Origin: Gekko japonicus
Lineage: Eukaryota
NCBI RefSeq assembly: GCF_001447785.1
Contig: NW_015162068.1
Coordinates: forward strand, 1 to 63,993
Length of the DNA: 63,993 nt
Reading direction: 5' to 3'
Shown: positions 26,234 through 39,437 of the stretch, piece by piece
How the letters are laid out: each line of letters begins with the position of its first letter
How positions within the stretch are numbered: the first letter of the stretch is position 1
The notes under the pieces: generated by a model
Database searches by the model: none
What the model was told of the DNA's origin: nothing
Seen by the model: the letters and a program-made list of their open reading frames with translations, nothing else
Made by a program: the position numbers and the translations under genes

Positions 26234-27039
26234 ACCCTAACCCTCTTACATACCTTGTGAAGCCCATAGTTGTTGGGGTCACAAAATATAGACAATCCAG
26301 ACCCTCCCTCCTCTTAAAATGAAGACAGCTGTTTCTAAACGATACTCTGTGCAGACCCCAAGGTGATGTCTCCTGGGTTTTTTCTGGCATACCACCTGCT
26401 CCACGGAGGTGAAGGAAAGCTGGGGTTGGCCTGACCTGGTGAGCATTAAGGGCTTTCACTAAACGATTTGATGTTTCTTGAATGGGGAATTTGCCTACAG
26501 ACAAAGGGAGTTAGTGTATTTAAACAAATTACCTCTCAAAGCTGCCTACTGAGTTCACAGCAGCGGTGGAATTCAAACTGTGAACTTGGCCTACTGTAGC
26601 ACACATATGTCTCACACTGTTAGGAGACCTGTAGTGGTTTTGTTTTGATGGGAGTATGACCTTTCCCACCTGCTTTAGCCCATGTTATACATTTTTAGGG
26701 CTGCAGTCCCAAGCACATTTACCTAAAACAGGTGTCCCCAGCCCTTTTGAGCCTGTGGGCACTTGGGTACAGCCACAAAATGGCTGCTGCAGGAGGCAAA
26801 GCCAGCCACAAAAAGGCTGTTGTGGCTTATCTTCACATAGTCAAGATCCTTGTGTTGTAATGGCAGCTGCTGCCAAGGCAATGTTTTTTTTAAAATCCGC
26901 ACAGTCAATCAAATTTCCAGTAGCAATCGGAAACCTCAAGTGGTAGGGTTGCCAGGCCAGGTTGGGAAGTATTTGGAGATTTGGGGAGGGTTCAGGGAGG
27001 GGAAAGATTTCAAGGGGGTATAATGCCATAGAGTTCTCG

Positions 27040-27392
27040 ATGCTTGAAAAAAGCAAAGAACATTCTGCAGGATTTGTCACACCCTGAACACTCCTTGTTT
27101 GAACTGCTGCCTTCGGGTAGAAGATATAGGACAATTAAAACAAGGACAAACAGATTAAAAAACAGTTTTTATTCGAGAGCTATTATTGCTTTAAATGCTG
27201 CATGAAGTTGGAATTTGGGTGACATTGGTGGTTTAGGTTGCAATGTAAACCTTAAGGGAGTTATGGGATGGATGTGAATGGTTGTGTGAGTGTATATGTG
27301 TATGGCTGTAGATCACTGAAATGATTGCACCTTTAATTTCGTTGTACTGTGTACAATGACAATAAAGTATATTATTATTATTATTATTATTA
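27040..27392 (+). mobile_element. Rex1/Babar-like LINE 3' fragment
   Basis: KKAKNILQDLSHPEHSLFELLPSGRRYRTIKTRTNRLKNSF; AATAAA then (ATT)n tail. Confidence 0.75.
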
Positions 27393-27999
27393 ATATTGGC
27401 CATTTCCAGCTCTCCCACTGGCTGGGCAGTGTGGTTCCGACAGTCATTGGGCTGCCAGCCACCCCTATTCCCTGCCCACTCCCAATTCACCCACTGTTGC
27501 CTGTCAGAATCACTGGCACACATCTCGCTCTCCCTTGACAAAGACACTTCTCCTGCTTCGCTTCTCCGTGGAAGTAACTTTTCTCTCAGTGGCTGATGGT
27601 AGACAACCTGGCTTGGTTCACTGTAACCCCCTCCCCTGCCCACTGCCCTCTTGCCCACTTTCGTGTCAGAATACACTGAAAACGGCTCTCCCTCCTGCTT
27701 CCAAGGTTGGGGAGACCATGGCCATCAAACCATATTATTATTATTATTATTATTATTGCATTTTGATCGCTGTTGCCTGGGGATCTGTTATCATAGTGCG
27801 AGATGTCCAACCACCACCTGGAGGTTGGCAACCCTATTCACTGGTCAAAAGCATCACCTGGCCTCACCCACTTTCTAAAAGCACTTAGCGGGCACCACAG
27901 TGGGGACCCCTGACCCAGAAGAAAGGCCTGCTAACTCAATGAGAGTAAAAACGTCTAAGATCAGGCATTTATAGCATACAGAAGGAAAGCTAAGCAGAA

Positions 28000-28640
28000 G
28001 GAGACTAGCCAGCAGAGCCCACGCCTTCGCAAGGACTTTTGTGAAATTCTGACACCCAAGCCCCGCCTCTTGAGATGACGCAGAGCTGCAGTCCGTGGGG
28101 CAACTCTATTCTGTATGCAGTCTCCCAGTGTCCCGGCATACCCGAACAGGAAGAGTTGAAACAGTGGCACGCACATGCGCATTATGCAAACATGGCGGAA
28201 TTGGAGATTGGGCAGCACTGCGAGGTAGAACACTGCCAGCAGCTGGGTAAGAGGGTCCGGAGGCATGGACTGTAGACCCTCTGCGAAAGAAAGAGCAGGG
28301 CAACCGGCAAAAACGTGTTACGCAGAAGTGGAAGGGCGAGACGCTTGAGAAAAGGGGTGGTGCCTCTCGGCAGTTCCCAAGTGCTTATGGTGCTTCGGTA
28401 CCCATTGACCTTCCGGTTCTCTTTTGAATGCGGGGTTGTCAGCGCTGAAGGCGTAAGACGCGGTGCCGTAGAGATTGGGGAATAGAGCGGCGTTCTGTCT
28501 GATTTGAGGCACTTGCCCTGCGTGTAGGTTGGCGTTCAAATAGAAACCTTCTTAACTGCTCTTAAATGACTGATTCCTAAACAGGAGGAGGCTATACGCA
28601 TTTAAGGGCGTGGCTTCTCGGGAAGCGGGCGTGAATTTTG
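28000..28640 (+). promoter_or_regulatory. ZFAND1 CpG-rich promoter/first exon
   Basis: GC box CCCCGCC near 28061, TGACG at 28076, NRF1-like GCACATGCGCA near 28171, YY1-like AAACATGGCGG over the ATG. Confidence 0.65.
28192..28246 (+). CDS. ZFAND1: ZFAND1 exon 1 (55 nt)
   Basis: MAELEIGQHCEVEHCQQL; donor G|GTAAGA. Confidence 0.95.
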
Positions 28641-31600
28641 CCTGCTAGCCATTGCCTGGTTTCTCTAGTCTCTAGTTTGTCCAGGTTTCCGTTGTAACTG
28701 TAGGCAATCATCCTGTGACTAACATGGAAAGGCGAGAGAAGCGTCAGAACTCACGGCTGCTTGGTCACGTTTGTAGGAGGAAATAGTGTTTGCTCAGTAA
28801 TAAGATTAAAATGAGATGGTTCGCTTTACAGTCATTCTTTAAGGCAGAGTAGAGTACGCTATAGTAGACGAGCGAGTGAAAGACACACTGTATGTGCATA
28901 CATACAGGCGCTCTATTTTATAATTACTTTTATGACTTAGACCGTGAAGTTCTTGGTGAACAGAAGTCAGACTAGGATTGGGGCGACTCAGATTTAATTT
29001 GTCATTCACCTGTTTTTGGGATAACCTTCCTTACAGGCTTGTTGTGAGGAACTGGGAAGAACCACATGCACCTAAGACAAGGGCAGCATAAGCACAGGGT
29101 TGATCGATAGTGCTGCACTGGCAAGGCGGGATATAAATTGAAAGTAATAAATAAATAAATAGAAACTGTTTCTGATGCCGGGCACAACCTAGGCAGATGG
29201 ACACAGAAGCTCTCTTCCACTTTCTATGTACCACTGCTGAGAGGTCCAAGGGTTACTTAGGCATCAGTTTCTGCTACTCAGATACTTGCATGTGAAGCAG
29301 TGGGCTGTAGTCTAAGAAAGCTAGGCTGCAATAGACTAATACAGCTAGTCCTCTGGCATCAAATACTTGATGTAATCATGTAACTGCTGCCAAATTGCAC
29401 TGCTCACAGTTGTACTACTTAACTCTCATACCAAAAGGAGCTAATTTTGGCAAGCTTATAACAAAGCTAAATCTGTATGCTGCAGTTATAACGTGTTTCC
29501 CTTTGGGCTAAACAATACACAAGACCCTATGCTTAAGGTCAGAACTCCGAACTGTCAGGAGACTCAAAGGAAATCTAATCTGGAGTAATGGTCTACATTT
29601 CTGTTAGCTATTCATAGTTAATTCATTGTTCCATGTTCTCTTAAATGTCAAATCTCTTACCTTTCCCTGTGTTATGTATTCATGAATGTTGGCAGGGAGA
29701 GACCAGCTCGAACAATAATCAGTGCTGGATGCTGATGTTAAATCCATTTGATGGATTGCTATTACTATTGCAGGAGTAGGGTTCTTTGGTTTTAACTATG
29801 GTTATTTTTTATAAAGGTTGACTTTGCAAAATGGAGCTTTTTGTGTTGCCATTTTCACAATCTTAAGTCTTACTCATTAAGGGCACAGTTTCTGCTTATA
29901 CAATGGAACATGTGCTGATGGAAAGTACCTCCACACTCACTTTCCCCCAGTAATCTGTTGTGTGCTTTGAAACTCTGCTCATAGGTAGACTTCCTGGAAC
30001 ATCATGGACAGAACCTGGGAGTGTCCTTTAGGAAGGAAAGTGGCAGAAATCTTGCAAGGGTAATAAGGCACAGTATTCAGTATCAGAGATAACCGTATTG
30101 GAACATCTTTGCTAGCATTACATTCAGGGTGTGTTCCATAAACTTACTTATTGAGATATTTATACCCCAGTTTTTCCACAAATGAAGGCAGCTTACAGAT
30201 TCAGATCTAAAACTTAAAGAATGCATTAACACCCCACATAACCCCCTCTTGGCTCCTATAATAATTTCACTCAGCCCATCTTTGCATATGCTGTGCAAAC
30301 TCGTTTTCTTGTAAGATTCACTGAATCAGTGGGACTAACCGTGCAGTAAAGGTGCACATTGTATTGTTCAAAAATCATGAAAGTGGGTAAGAATCAGCAC
30401 CTTCTTTGAGAGGAGAGAGGGGATTTCTGTGAGAACCAGATGATGGCTGAAAGCTGAGGTTTTTGTTGCAATTGAAGAAATGTGTTTACAAAGATAAAAG
30501 AAGCATTTGGCAAATTACACCAGTAAGAGTTGGCAGCATGGGTTGATTGTCTTGCTTCATTGTAGATTTAGTAAATAAGGCTTCACTGAAAGATCTAGGT
30601 TTTGTAAGTGCTGTGATTTGGCCTCTTGAAATGTACACTGATACAGCTAAAAATTGTCATCGTTTTCATTTCAGATTTTCTACCTTTTGTGTGTGATGGC
30701 TGCTCCCGAGTTTTCTGGTATGAAGAAATTAAATAATATTATTTATGAACTGTGGTCAGTTTTCTTGGAGCTTAATAGTAATATAACTCAAAACTTTGTC
30801 ACAGCCCTGAGGAATTTAAAACCAGTGAGTTCAGAGATGAGAGGTGGCTGAGGGAGTGTTGGAGGCAAGACAGAAGCAACCAACAGAGAAATGCAAGCTT
30901 TGGGACAGGAAAATATTTGTTGCAAATAAGCATTTTTCGTGGAGTGGGGTATACCAATCAGCACAACTTCATTTTGAAAGTACCAAGTCTCTCCCAGTAG
31001 TTTTGGTGTGATGTAGTGGTTAGACCATCAGTTCCCAACATGACACCATGGTGTCCATCAGTGTTTTGTGGTACCGACTTACTTCTCCCCCAAAGCAAAG
31101 AGCAAGCCATGGCTTTCCTCTACTTGATTGGAATAAAAAGTCCTTCAGAAGACCTAGGAGGTGCCGTGAGTCTACAAGGAGCACCCATTTGGAAACAGCT
31201 GCCCAACATTTTGTGGCTGCCTTCTCCACAGCAACCATTTTGTGTTTCAGCCTACCTGCCATAACAGTCATTTTGTGGCTGATCCCGCTAGCCTCCCTTA
31301 AAATTCCAAATGTGACCAAAGGCTCAACAGGTTTGGTGATCCAGATCAGAGTGTTGCACTCAGATCAGGAAGACATTCTTCAGATCCTCATTCTTCAGTG
31401 AAGCTGAATGTGGCTCTGGATAAGCCCGATATTGTAGTGTTTTTCTGAGGATGACATTTGTAAAGGATAGTCGGTGCTCTGAGGTTTTTGGAGGAAGAGC
31501 AGGATATTCTAGATAGGTATGTTCTCATGTTCTTTCATGTTACATGATACTTTAATTGTAATGTAACTCTTAAGTCTTCAGCACAGAAGCCGGTCAGCTC

Positions 31601-34600
31601 ATGGTTGCTCTGAGGTGAGTGTGTCATTCTTAACTTAATTGTAGCATATAACATCTTTGGTTTGTGGGAAATTTAGTTCCTTTTACTCCATCTGGGGTAA
31701 CTTTGTACATAATACTTTACAAACTTTGCTTGAAAGCACACCCACTTATCTCATGTATAAACCACCGCCGCCACCCCACTGTAAACTGGCCCATGTATTG
31801 GGATCCTGTGGAGAACACTCAGCATTAATATGGCCGTTTAGGGAAGCAGCCTGAAGTCAATTCTGTCATCATAGTGGCCCAAATAATCTTCCCATTGATG
31901 GTGGAACTGTGCAGCCAGCTGCCTTCTTCACTGAGCTTTCTTCACACAATCTTGTAAAGGGGAATTGTGTGCATTTTAAAAGGAGCAGCTTTGCATGCAT
32001 GAGCCATGTCTTGAAATATGGTGCTTCACTGTTACTTTGTAGTGGGAAAATGGATTTAAATGTCCCACTCTGCTTTCTGTTGTTTTATGTAGGTTTATTT
32101 AATTTACTTTAAACTGTTTGTCTTAAGGTTTTTACAAGTATCCTTTGCTTTACCTATATATTACTATTCTGCCTGAGACTATCAAAATGTATTCTGGCTT
32201 CAGTATTCATAAGTAATGCTTCTTTTCTGTTTTAGTTTTGCTAACATTACTGTTAGAGGATATATTACTTTACATATCTCACATGAGTAAAGTCACACAT
32301 GGGAAGTAATTCTTGGGAACAAGTCACATATGGAAGTATTCTTGGGGGTATTTTTTATTCAGAAAGGTCTATAAATTGGGTGGATGTATCATTGAAGAAA
32401 ATGCCAGGATTGAACCACTATTTCAGAAACTGTAGATTTTAGTCAAACTGTGGTGCATATTTGTAAAGTCATTTCTGAACAACATACTCTTATACGACAT
32501 TTTTAAAAAATTGATTTAGGTAAATCTGAAAAGTGAGGAAGTGAAACCAGATCATCACAAATCTTTCTTGTGCTCGTACAGAGGTTGTGATGGGAAAGAA
32601 CTTGTACCAGTACTATGCTCATTTTGTGAAAAGCAGTTTTGCTTAAGGTGAGCAAAAGAATTAATTGTTACTCTGTTCTTGCATTAGCCTGTTGGTTGGC
32701 TACTAGTGAATGTTTCTTCAACTATTATTGTTCACAGGCACCGTCATCAGTCAGACCATGAATGTGAGAAACTGGAAACCCCTAAGCCTCGCATGGCTGT
32801 CACCCAACAACTTGTTAAAAATATTGTAGGCAAGTATAGTAAAAAGTACTGTTTTCTACAGAATACTAATCCAAAGGAGCATCAACATTATTTATTTGTA
32901 CAATCCCCAGCTTTGGATTTATTAGTTTGCCTAACAGCCCTGCCTTCCACAGATGGAGGCATGAGACGTATCTTAAGCTGCTTGTTTTGACAGTGACTTG
33001 AAGAGAAGGCTGCATTTCTAACTTCCATTTCCCCATAACCACTCTCAGATAGTGCCATATCACATCAGATGCATGTTTCTCTGCTAGCTGGGTTACAATT
33101 TTGTATTTTTATTTACTTCATTTGTATGCCAGTTTCTTTCCCTGAGGGGACCCAAAGTGGCTTACATCATTTTCCCCTTCTCACAACAACCATGTGAAGT
33201 AGATTAGAGTGTGCAACTGGCCTAAGCAGAGTGGGGGTTCAAATGTGGATCTCCCAGATCTAGTTCAACACTCTAACCGCTATACCACATAGGCTCCATA
33301 CACTTGATGTACTTTTGAGTCTATTATGATTAATTTGGCCAAGGGGAAAAGAACAAATAATGTCACAAACTGTATTTTCCAAGTGACAAAATGTTACAGT
33401 TTCAATGGTAGGAAAACACAGTTCAGAGACTTCTGTATTCCACATAACAATTGACTAACAATTGACTAACAATTGTGCCTTTATAGGAATAAGAAGCCAT
33501 TGTAATGAAAAGTCCTTTAGAAAAAAGGTGACTTTTCTCATGCGTCTGGGCTGTCGCAAACATCTGTCATTTTAGATTTGGTGCTGTGCAGTCTGTCTTG
33601 AGTATACAGAACAATGACAGGCACACAGCGATCAGAGGTCAAATAAAAAGTTCCGTTCTATGTATGCAAGCTAATGGAAGCTTTGTGTTTTCCCAGTATG
33701 CCATTTACTAAGCACTTTTAAGAAGTTACACTGCCGTATCATTCTCTTGTGTAGCAAAATAAGGGGGAAATGTAATTCTTGTTAAAACGGGTTATCTTAG
33801 ATTCCAAGAAAGAAACCACAGGGATGAAAAGATGCAAAGGAGCCAAGAATGCTGAAACAGCAGCAAAAGTGGCCCTAATGAAACTAAAAATGCATGCGTG
33901 TGGGGATAAGTCCTTGCCACTGGTAAGTAAGTCATGATTGCTTCATTCCAACGACATCTGTGATTTTCCCCCTTCCATTTTTAATTCAACAAAGGGGTGT
34001 GCATGATTAGCTTGTGTGGAATTGCTTTAATCACTGTGGTAGCTCATTTCCTGCAACCTAATACAGTCTTAATTCCACCTCATTACTATTGCTGATCAGT
34101 AGGAATATTGTTTTCCATTAGCATTTTAAAGAGACACCTTTATATATAGATTTTTCTTAATTATCTTTTGTAATGTTGGTTTTTCTGTCCTCTGTTGCAA
34201 AGTGGGTTTAGCAGATGAGGAGGATTCAAACCAAACACAGCCTTCTAGTAGGAACTCCATCTTAACTGATGAATAACTCCACTCAGAACAGGATTCCACA
34301 TCTGTGGCAAAGCATGAGATTAGCCTAGATTCCCACAATTAGGATTGCAAGATCCTCCACAGAAGGTCCTACATGTTTGTTCTTAGTTTATCTCAATTTA
34401 GTTGCTGAATGAGTCTTCAGCTTTCTGAGCTGCACTGTGAGCATAATAATGTGCCTAGAGACTGAAATGCAGCATGCAAATTATTCCTTGTTACTTCAGA
34501 TCATTGCAGTTGTCTTGGAACTTTAGGCTTGCTTATCATCCTTACCGCTTTACAAGTGAATGGAGGAATGAGCTGGCAGGAATGTTGACGGGTCACTGAA

Positions 34601-35634
34601 TGTCTCTAATGTAGCATGTGAACTGTCTTCCTTCAGAACTTAGGGGGAAAAGATGAGTTCTCAAATATAAAATTGCCTGTTGTGACACTTTGCAGGACAA
34701 TTGTTTCTGTCCATCCAAATCTGTGTTAAAATTGCAGTGCTCCTGTCTCTTCAGAAAGTGTTTTTTTAAACAGTAGCTTGAAACTGGAGCTGAAATGAAA
34801 GAAAATGGGATTGGGTCCGATCTGTTCCGATAGTGGAGGAACTTCACAGGCATTTTGATACAGGGGAAGGCTCCTTGTGCCAGAGGGATGCACCTTTGCT
34901 AGCTGCATCCAGCCTAGAGTTGCTGTCGGGAGGGCACAAGTGTCTAGATAAAGGAGGAGGAGAAAGAAAGGAGAAACTTTAAGGAAATCATTGACACCAT
35001 ATGCAAGGGAGAGTACTGAAACCACATCTCCATAGTTATAATATTTTCAAACATTTCTTTTGTAACGAAGCCTCTCTATTTCAAAGCTGAAGGTGTAAAG
35101 TTCTAACTGTACAGATAGAACAGCCAGCTGCCAGATACACTCTGATAGTGAGTCTTGTGTCATGCCTGTATAACTAGAAACTCATATTTTAATCTACATA
35201 TCTGGGGTTTTCCATTGTAGAGTGAGAGAATCTACTTCCAAGTATTTTTACCAAAAGGAAACAAGGAGAAAAGCAAGCCCGTGTTCTTTTGTAGTAAATG
35301 GAGCATTGGCAAAGTAATTGATTCAGCAGCTTCCTTGGCAAACCTTAAAAACGACAACAACAAAAGCACCAGCAAGGTAACTGAACTGAAGGATCTTCCT
35401 TTATCCCATGTTCTTATTTAATTTATAGTGCAGTAATGCCAGGATTTCTTTTTAAATTTTCAGAAATTAAGACTCTGCCACCCAGCATCTGGAGAAGCTT
35501 TACCTTTGGACCACACCTTGGCATCTTGGATAAGCAACAAAGAATGCCCCCTCTATAATGGTGGAAATGTTATCTTGGAATATCTTGATAACGAAGCTCG
35601 GTTTTTAGAAGATACAAATTTATATGTAGAATAA
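28192..35634 (+). CDS. ZFAND1: AN1-type zinc finger protein 1; 8 exons, 268 aa
   Basis: Exons 28192-28246, 30675-30717, 31575-31614, 32520-32647, 32738-32829, 33801-33922, 35221-35376, 35464-35634 join in frame (807 nt). MAELEIGQHCEVEHCQQLDFLPFVCDGCSRVFCLQHRSRSAHGC...CSFCEKQFCLRHRHQSDHEC...YNGGNVILEY; two AN1 fingers plus a UBL domain. Confidence 0.96.
30675..30717 (+). CDS. ZFAND1: ZFAND1 exon 2 (43 nt)
   Basis: ttcag|AT; DFLPFVCDGCSRVF; TG|GTATGA. Confidence 0.94.
31575..31614 (+). CDS. ZFAND1: ZFAND1 exon 3 (40 nt)
   Basis: taag|T; CLQHRSRSAHGCSE; GAG|GTGAGT. Confidence 0.92.
32520..32647 (+). CDS. ZFAND1: ZFAND1 exon 4 (128 nt)
   Basis: tttag|GTA; VNLKSEE...CSYRGC...CSFCEKQFCL; AG|GTGAGC. 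Confidence 0.93.
32738..32829 (+). CDS. ZFAND1: ZFAND1 exon 5 (92 nt; GC donor)
   Basis: cacag|G; HRHQSDHECEKLETPKPRMAVTQQLVKNIV; donor AG|GCAAGT. Confidence 0.92.
33445..33475. repeat. 11-bp tandem repeat (TAACAATTGAC), about 2.8 copies
   Basis: Direct reading. Confidence 0.85.
33801..33922 (+). CDS. ZFAND1: ZFAND1 exon 6 (122 nt)
   Basis: cttag|AT; SKKETTG...AAKVALMKLKMHACGDKSLPL; |GTAAGT. Confidence 0.94.
35221..35376 (+). CDS. ZFAND1: ZFAND1 exon 7 (156 nt)
   Basis: SERIYFQVFLPKG...WSIGKVID...NDNNKSTSK; |GTAACT. Confidence 0.94.
35464..35634 (+). CDS. ZFAND1: ZFAND1 exon 8 coding part (171 nt)
   Basis: KLRLCHPASGEALPLDHTL...YNGGNVILEYL...YVE-TAA. Confidence 0.94.
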   Translation, partial: KLRLCHPASGEALPLDHTLASWISNKECPLYNGGNVILEYLDNEARFLEDTNLYVE

Positions 35635-37405
35635 TTGCAGGAACCTCTTGATACGTAATAATCAGATTCAGTACAAAACAAGGTTCTTAGTCTGTTTAAA
35701 GCTGTGTGGCATAAGGGGAGGTGGTTTATTCACAGGAATCAGTTTTAGAAATAGACATATTAGAATATAGCTTACTCCATTCTACAGTAGGACAAGGGGC
35801 TGAATGACTTACACATGTTTGTCCCCTGATGCTTCTCGCGCTAAAGTGTGGTCTCCATTGAAAAGTATTGAGTCTGATTTGGTATCAGGATAGTTTCAGA
35901 GGGCAGCTGTGTTGGTCTGCAGTAGAAGAGTATAAGCTTTCAAGAGTCAAAGCTCCCTTCGCCAGATAACGTCATCCAAGTTGTCATGACATGCTCTGAA
36001 AATCCCACCTGTGATCTGTGCTGCCTCATTAGCACACGCAAATCACCGAAAATTCAGAAGCTAGTTTCTGATGAGCTATAGAAGCAGCAGCCAAAGGAGG
36101 GTAGAAACATTACTTGGATTCTTGTCAACTCTACAGAGAAGCTGGCACTTAGAGAAACTTCTAGAATGGGCGATGGTGGAATGTGCAGGCACATGTTGGT
36201 TTGTGAAAAGGTTACACTTCCTTGTCACCAAGATTTCTTTTGTCCCTGTTGCAGAAGACCTTGGCATTTTCTTAACGCAGATCTTGGTGATTGATTACAT
36301 CTTCTTAGTTTCTGAGTAAATTTTCAAACAAGGAAATATGTGGTGATACAAAGACACTTATCTTCACCACCTCACATCTACTGCTCCTGTGTTGTTCTCC
36401 CAATCACTAGGCATAGCACCATGTGCACAGCCTCTGGAGCACTTTACTGCATCACAAGATGCAATTTGAGAGACAGCATGTGCAGTTCTTTCATTCTATC
36501 CTCTTACTTCAAAGCTAGCTGCTTCTCAGAGCTAATTGGAAGAATGGAAGTTGTAAACACTTTTTATGCACTGCAAGTGCATGCAAGATATGCCCAGCCC
36601 ACGATTGGTAGATGAAACCCTGCTGAACTTTCCATCAATGCAATATGTGATGTCTGTTACAGTATACAGCAGGGAATTTTCTGTGGCCCTGGTTTTACGG
36701 AATTCCCTGCAGAAGGAAAGCTGATTAACATAAATTTGCTGACCATAGACACTAAGACAAGCTTTTGGGGACACGGGGGTTTTGAACCAATGTGTGGTTC
36801 ATGGTTACAGTAGTGATATTTTATATCAGAGCAGCATTTGGAGTTACATTTATCAGCAGATTAATAGCGTGTTTGGAATCTGTTCTACACTCATGATGCA
36901 AGAACTAAAAGACCATTCTCCTGCATCAGACTAAAAAGTTTGTCTTGTCCAGCATCCTATTCCACATAACTGGCAGCCAAATGATTTGGGGAACTCCACA
37001 AAGCAGGAGCCCATTAAGCCTGTTGTTATCACCCAGCAGCAGGCATTCAGTGGCATAGTGCTTTTGACTGTGGAGGTTCAATTTTGCTATCATAGCTACT
37101 AGCAATTGATAGACAAATGTAGCCTTTATGTATTTGATGGTGTTAAAAACACAGTAAGCCAAAGCCATGACACAGTGAGGAAGCAGTACAACCATATTAC
37201 CTTTTAATCAGGTGAGTGCTAAATTGAAAAGATGGCCAAAGCATGACCCAATTAAATGTACAGCAGAAGTATAACCAACTTTAACTGTTGCTGCAGCACT
37301 AAGACTGCTGCAGCTTTGCCCGTTTCATTACAGGAATGAGTTTGAGAAGTGCTGCAGCAGAATTTCTTAAAATTGTTACTCTAATTAGAAGGCAAATAAC
37401 TCCTA

Positions 37406-37730
37406 GTAAAGGTAAAGGTTTCCCTTGGTCGAAAGCCAGTCAAATCTGACTCTAGGGATGCGGTGCTCATCTCCGTTTCCAAGCCGAAGACCCAGCGCTG
37501 TCCAAAGACGTTTCCGTGGTTATGTGGCCGGCATGACTAAACACCAAGGTGCATAGAACACTGTTACCTTCCCACTGAAGTGGTATCTGTTTATCTACTT
37601 GCAATGTCTTGCTTTTGAACTGCTAGGTTGGCAGGAGCTGGGACCAGAGACAGGAGCTCACTCTGTCATGCGGCAGTTGGGTCTCGAATTGCTGAACTAC
37701 CGACCTTCTGATTGAGCAACCGCAGCCCCA
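37406..37730 (-). mobile_element. Sauria-type SINE
   Basis: (AAAGGT)n start on the + strand; 13-bp TSD CAAATAACTCCTA. Confidence 0.85.
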
Positions 37731-38884
37731 CAAATAACTCCTATTCCATATCAAAAGTGATAACTCAAAGTTGATTTCTACATACCAGAAAGTCATGGGG
37801 GGTACAAATTATACATTTAGGAAAGCTTTGTATTTTACAATATCTCTGTCAGTTCTTTCAGTTGCACACTTCTGGAACATGCAGAATTTTATTTCAGTAC
37901 AAGGCACAGTATAACCACATGTTGCTAGAACTATTGAGTCCTTTGATATCAAAGGGCACCAGGTATCTTTGGTTTGAACCAAAGTAGTAAGTTGTAATTT
38001 TGGCTTGCATAGAAAAGATTGATGGGTCTCTGTGTTTACATTTTGTATTTTTGGCATTGAAACTTAGATCAACCTAATAAAAAGATACGGTACTGAAGCA
38101 TTTTAAAATGGAAGCATGGCATTCAAGACAAACACATGACTCATCCCCATGAATACTGGAACAACTCAGTCCTGTGTAGGGAAGAATAATCAGTAAGCAA
38201 GCACTTAGGGCTTTATATGTTAATCTCATGTAAATTTCACAGTATGGACAAAATCATTGAGTCCTTCGGGAGTTAGCTTGAATGATCCTTGCTATGGGGT
38301 AAATGTCTAATCCAAGTCTAATTTTTGATGTTGCAGCAGAGGAATTGAACCTCTCTAATATTTTTAAAGTCTGTCTTTCACTTTCAGCTCAGATTAGTTC
38401 ACAAGGATTTAAACCAGAGTTCCCTAATGTGGTGCCCAAGGGTGCCATGGTGCCCACCAAGTGTTTTCAGGGAACCAGGTGAGACTTTGGCCTTGCAGGG
38501 CTTCTGATTGGCCATTGGAGATGATTGGATGCAGATTTTTAAAATTTTGCTTTGGCAGCAGCTGCCACCTTAACACAAGTCAGCACTGTATGACTTCAGA
38601 TAAGCTGCATGTATGCAAGAAATTTTTTTTTAAACAATGTGGTCATTTTAAACGGCATCCTGTTAAATGGAACTTCTGTCTGAAATGTTGGTTACTATTA
38701 GTGTTATGCATGACCCCACTCCCTGAGATTTTGTGGCTGGCGCTGCCTTTTGTAGCAGCCATTTTTTATTCGTGCACACCATCCAGTGTCAGAATTCCAA
38801 AGGTGCCTGCTTGCTCACAAAGGCTGGGGATTTAAATGTAATGTAAATAGTGTGTTTAAATAGAATTGTGCAACCATTTTTAAA

Positions 38885-39040
38885 AGAACAAAGTTTGAGT
38901 CCAGTGGCTCCTTTAAGATCAACAAAAGTTTAATTCTAGGTATAAGCTTTCATGTGCATGTACATTTCATCAGATACCTTATACCCAGAATTAAATTTTG
39001 TTCTGTTGCTTCAGACCAGCATGGTACCCACCTGAATTTA
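38885..39040 (-). mobile_element. Penelope-type terminal repeat with hammerhead ribozyme motif
   Basis: GAGTCCAGTGG...TTTAAGA family motif; minus strand CTGATGA-stem-GAAAGCTTA. Confidence 0.7.
38938..38979 (-). ncRNA. Putative minimal type I hammerhead ribozyme
   Basis: AGGUA-U-CUGAUGA-AAUGUACAUGCACAU-GAAA-GC-UUA-UACCU. Confidence 0.55.
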
Positions 39041-39437
39041 TTTTATTTAAGGAATTGGTGTGAAAGAAGTCCATTAAAGTAGGATAACCCCATGACCAGG
39101 AACTTTGGCTACCTGTATAATTAACATGATGAAAATTCCAGAGGGGTAGCTGCATTAGGCTATGGCAACAAAATGAAATTAGTTCAGGGGCATCTTAAAG
39201 ACTGACAAAATTTATCCCAGCCTAAGCTTTTGTGAATTCGAGTTCATCAGATGCCCTGGAGTGTACATCCATTAGGTTGATATTTTGATGGTCCACAACA
39301 GTAAAGGTAGGTGTGTGAAAATGCAGAGAGGGGTTGATGTACAACAAAATCTAAAAAGCCCAATCAGTTTACTCAGTATCAACAGTCTTGCTAATGAATT
39401 TGAATTCAGCAATTTTGTGTTAGGAGTCTCTTGAAGC

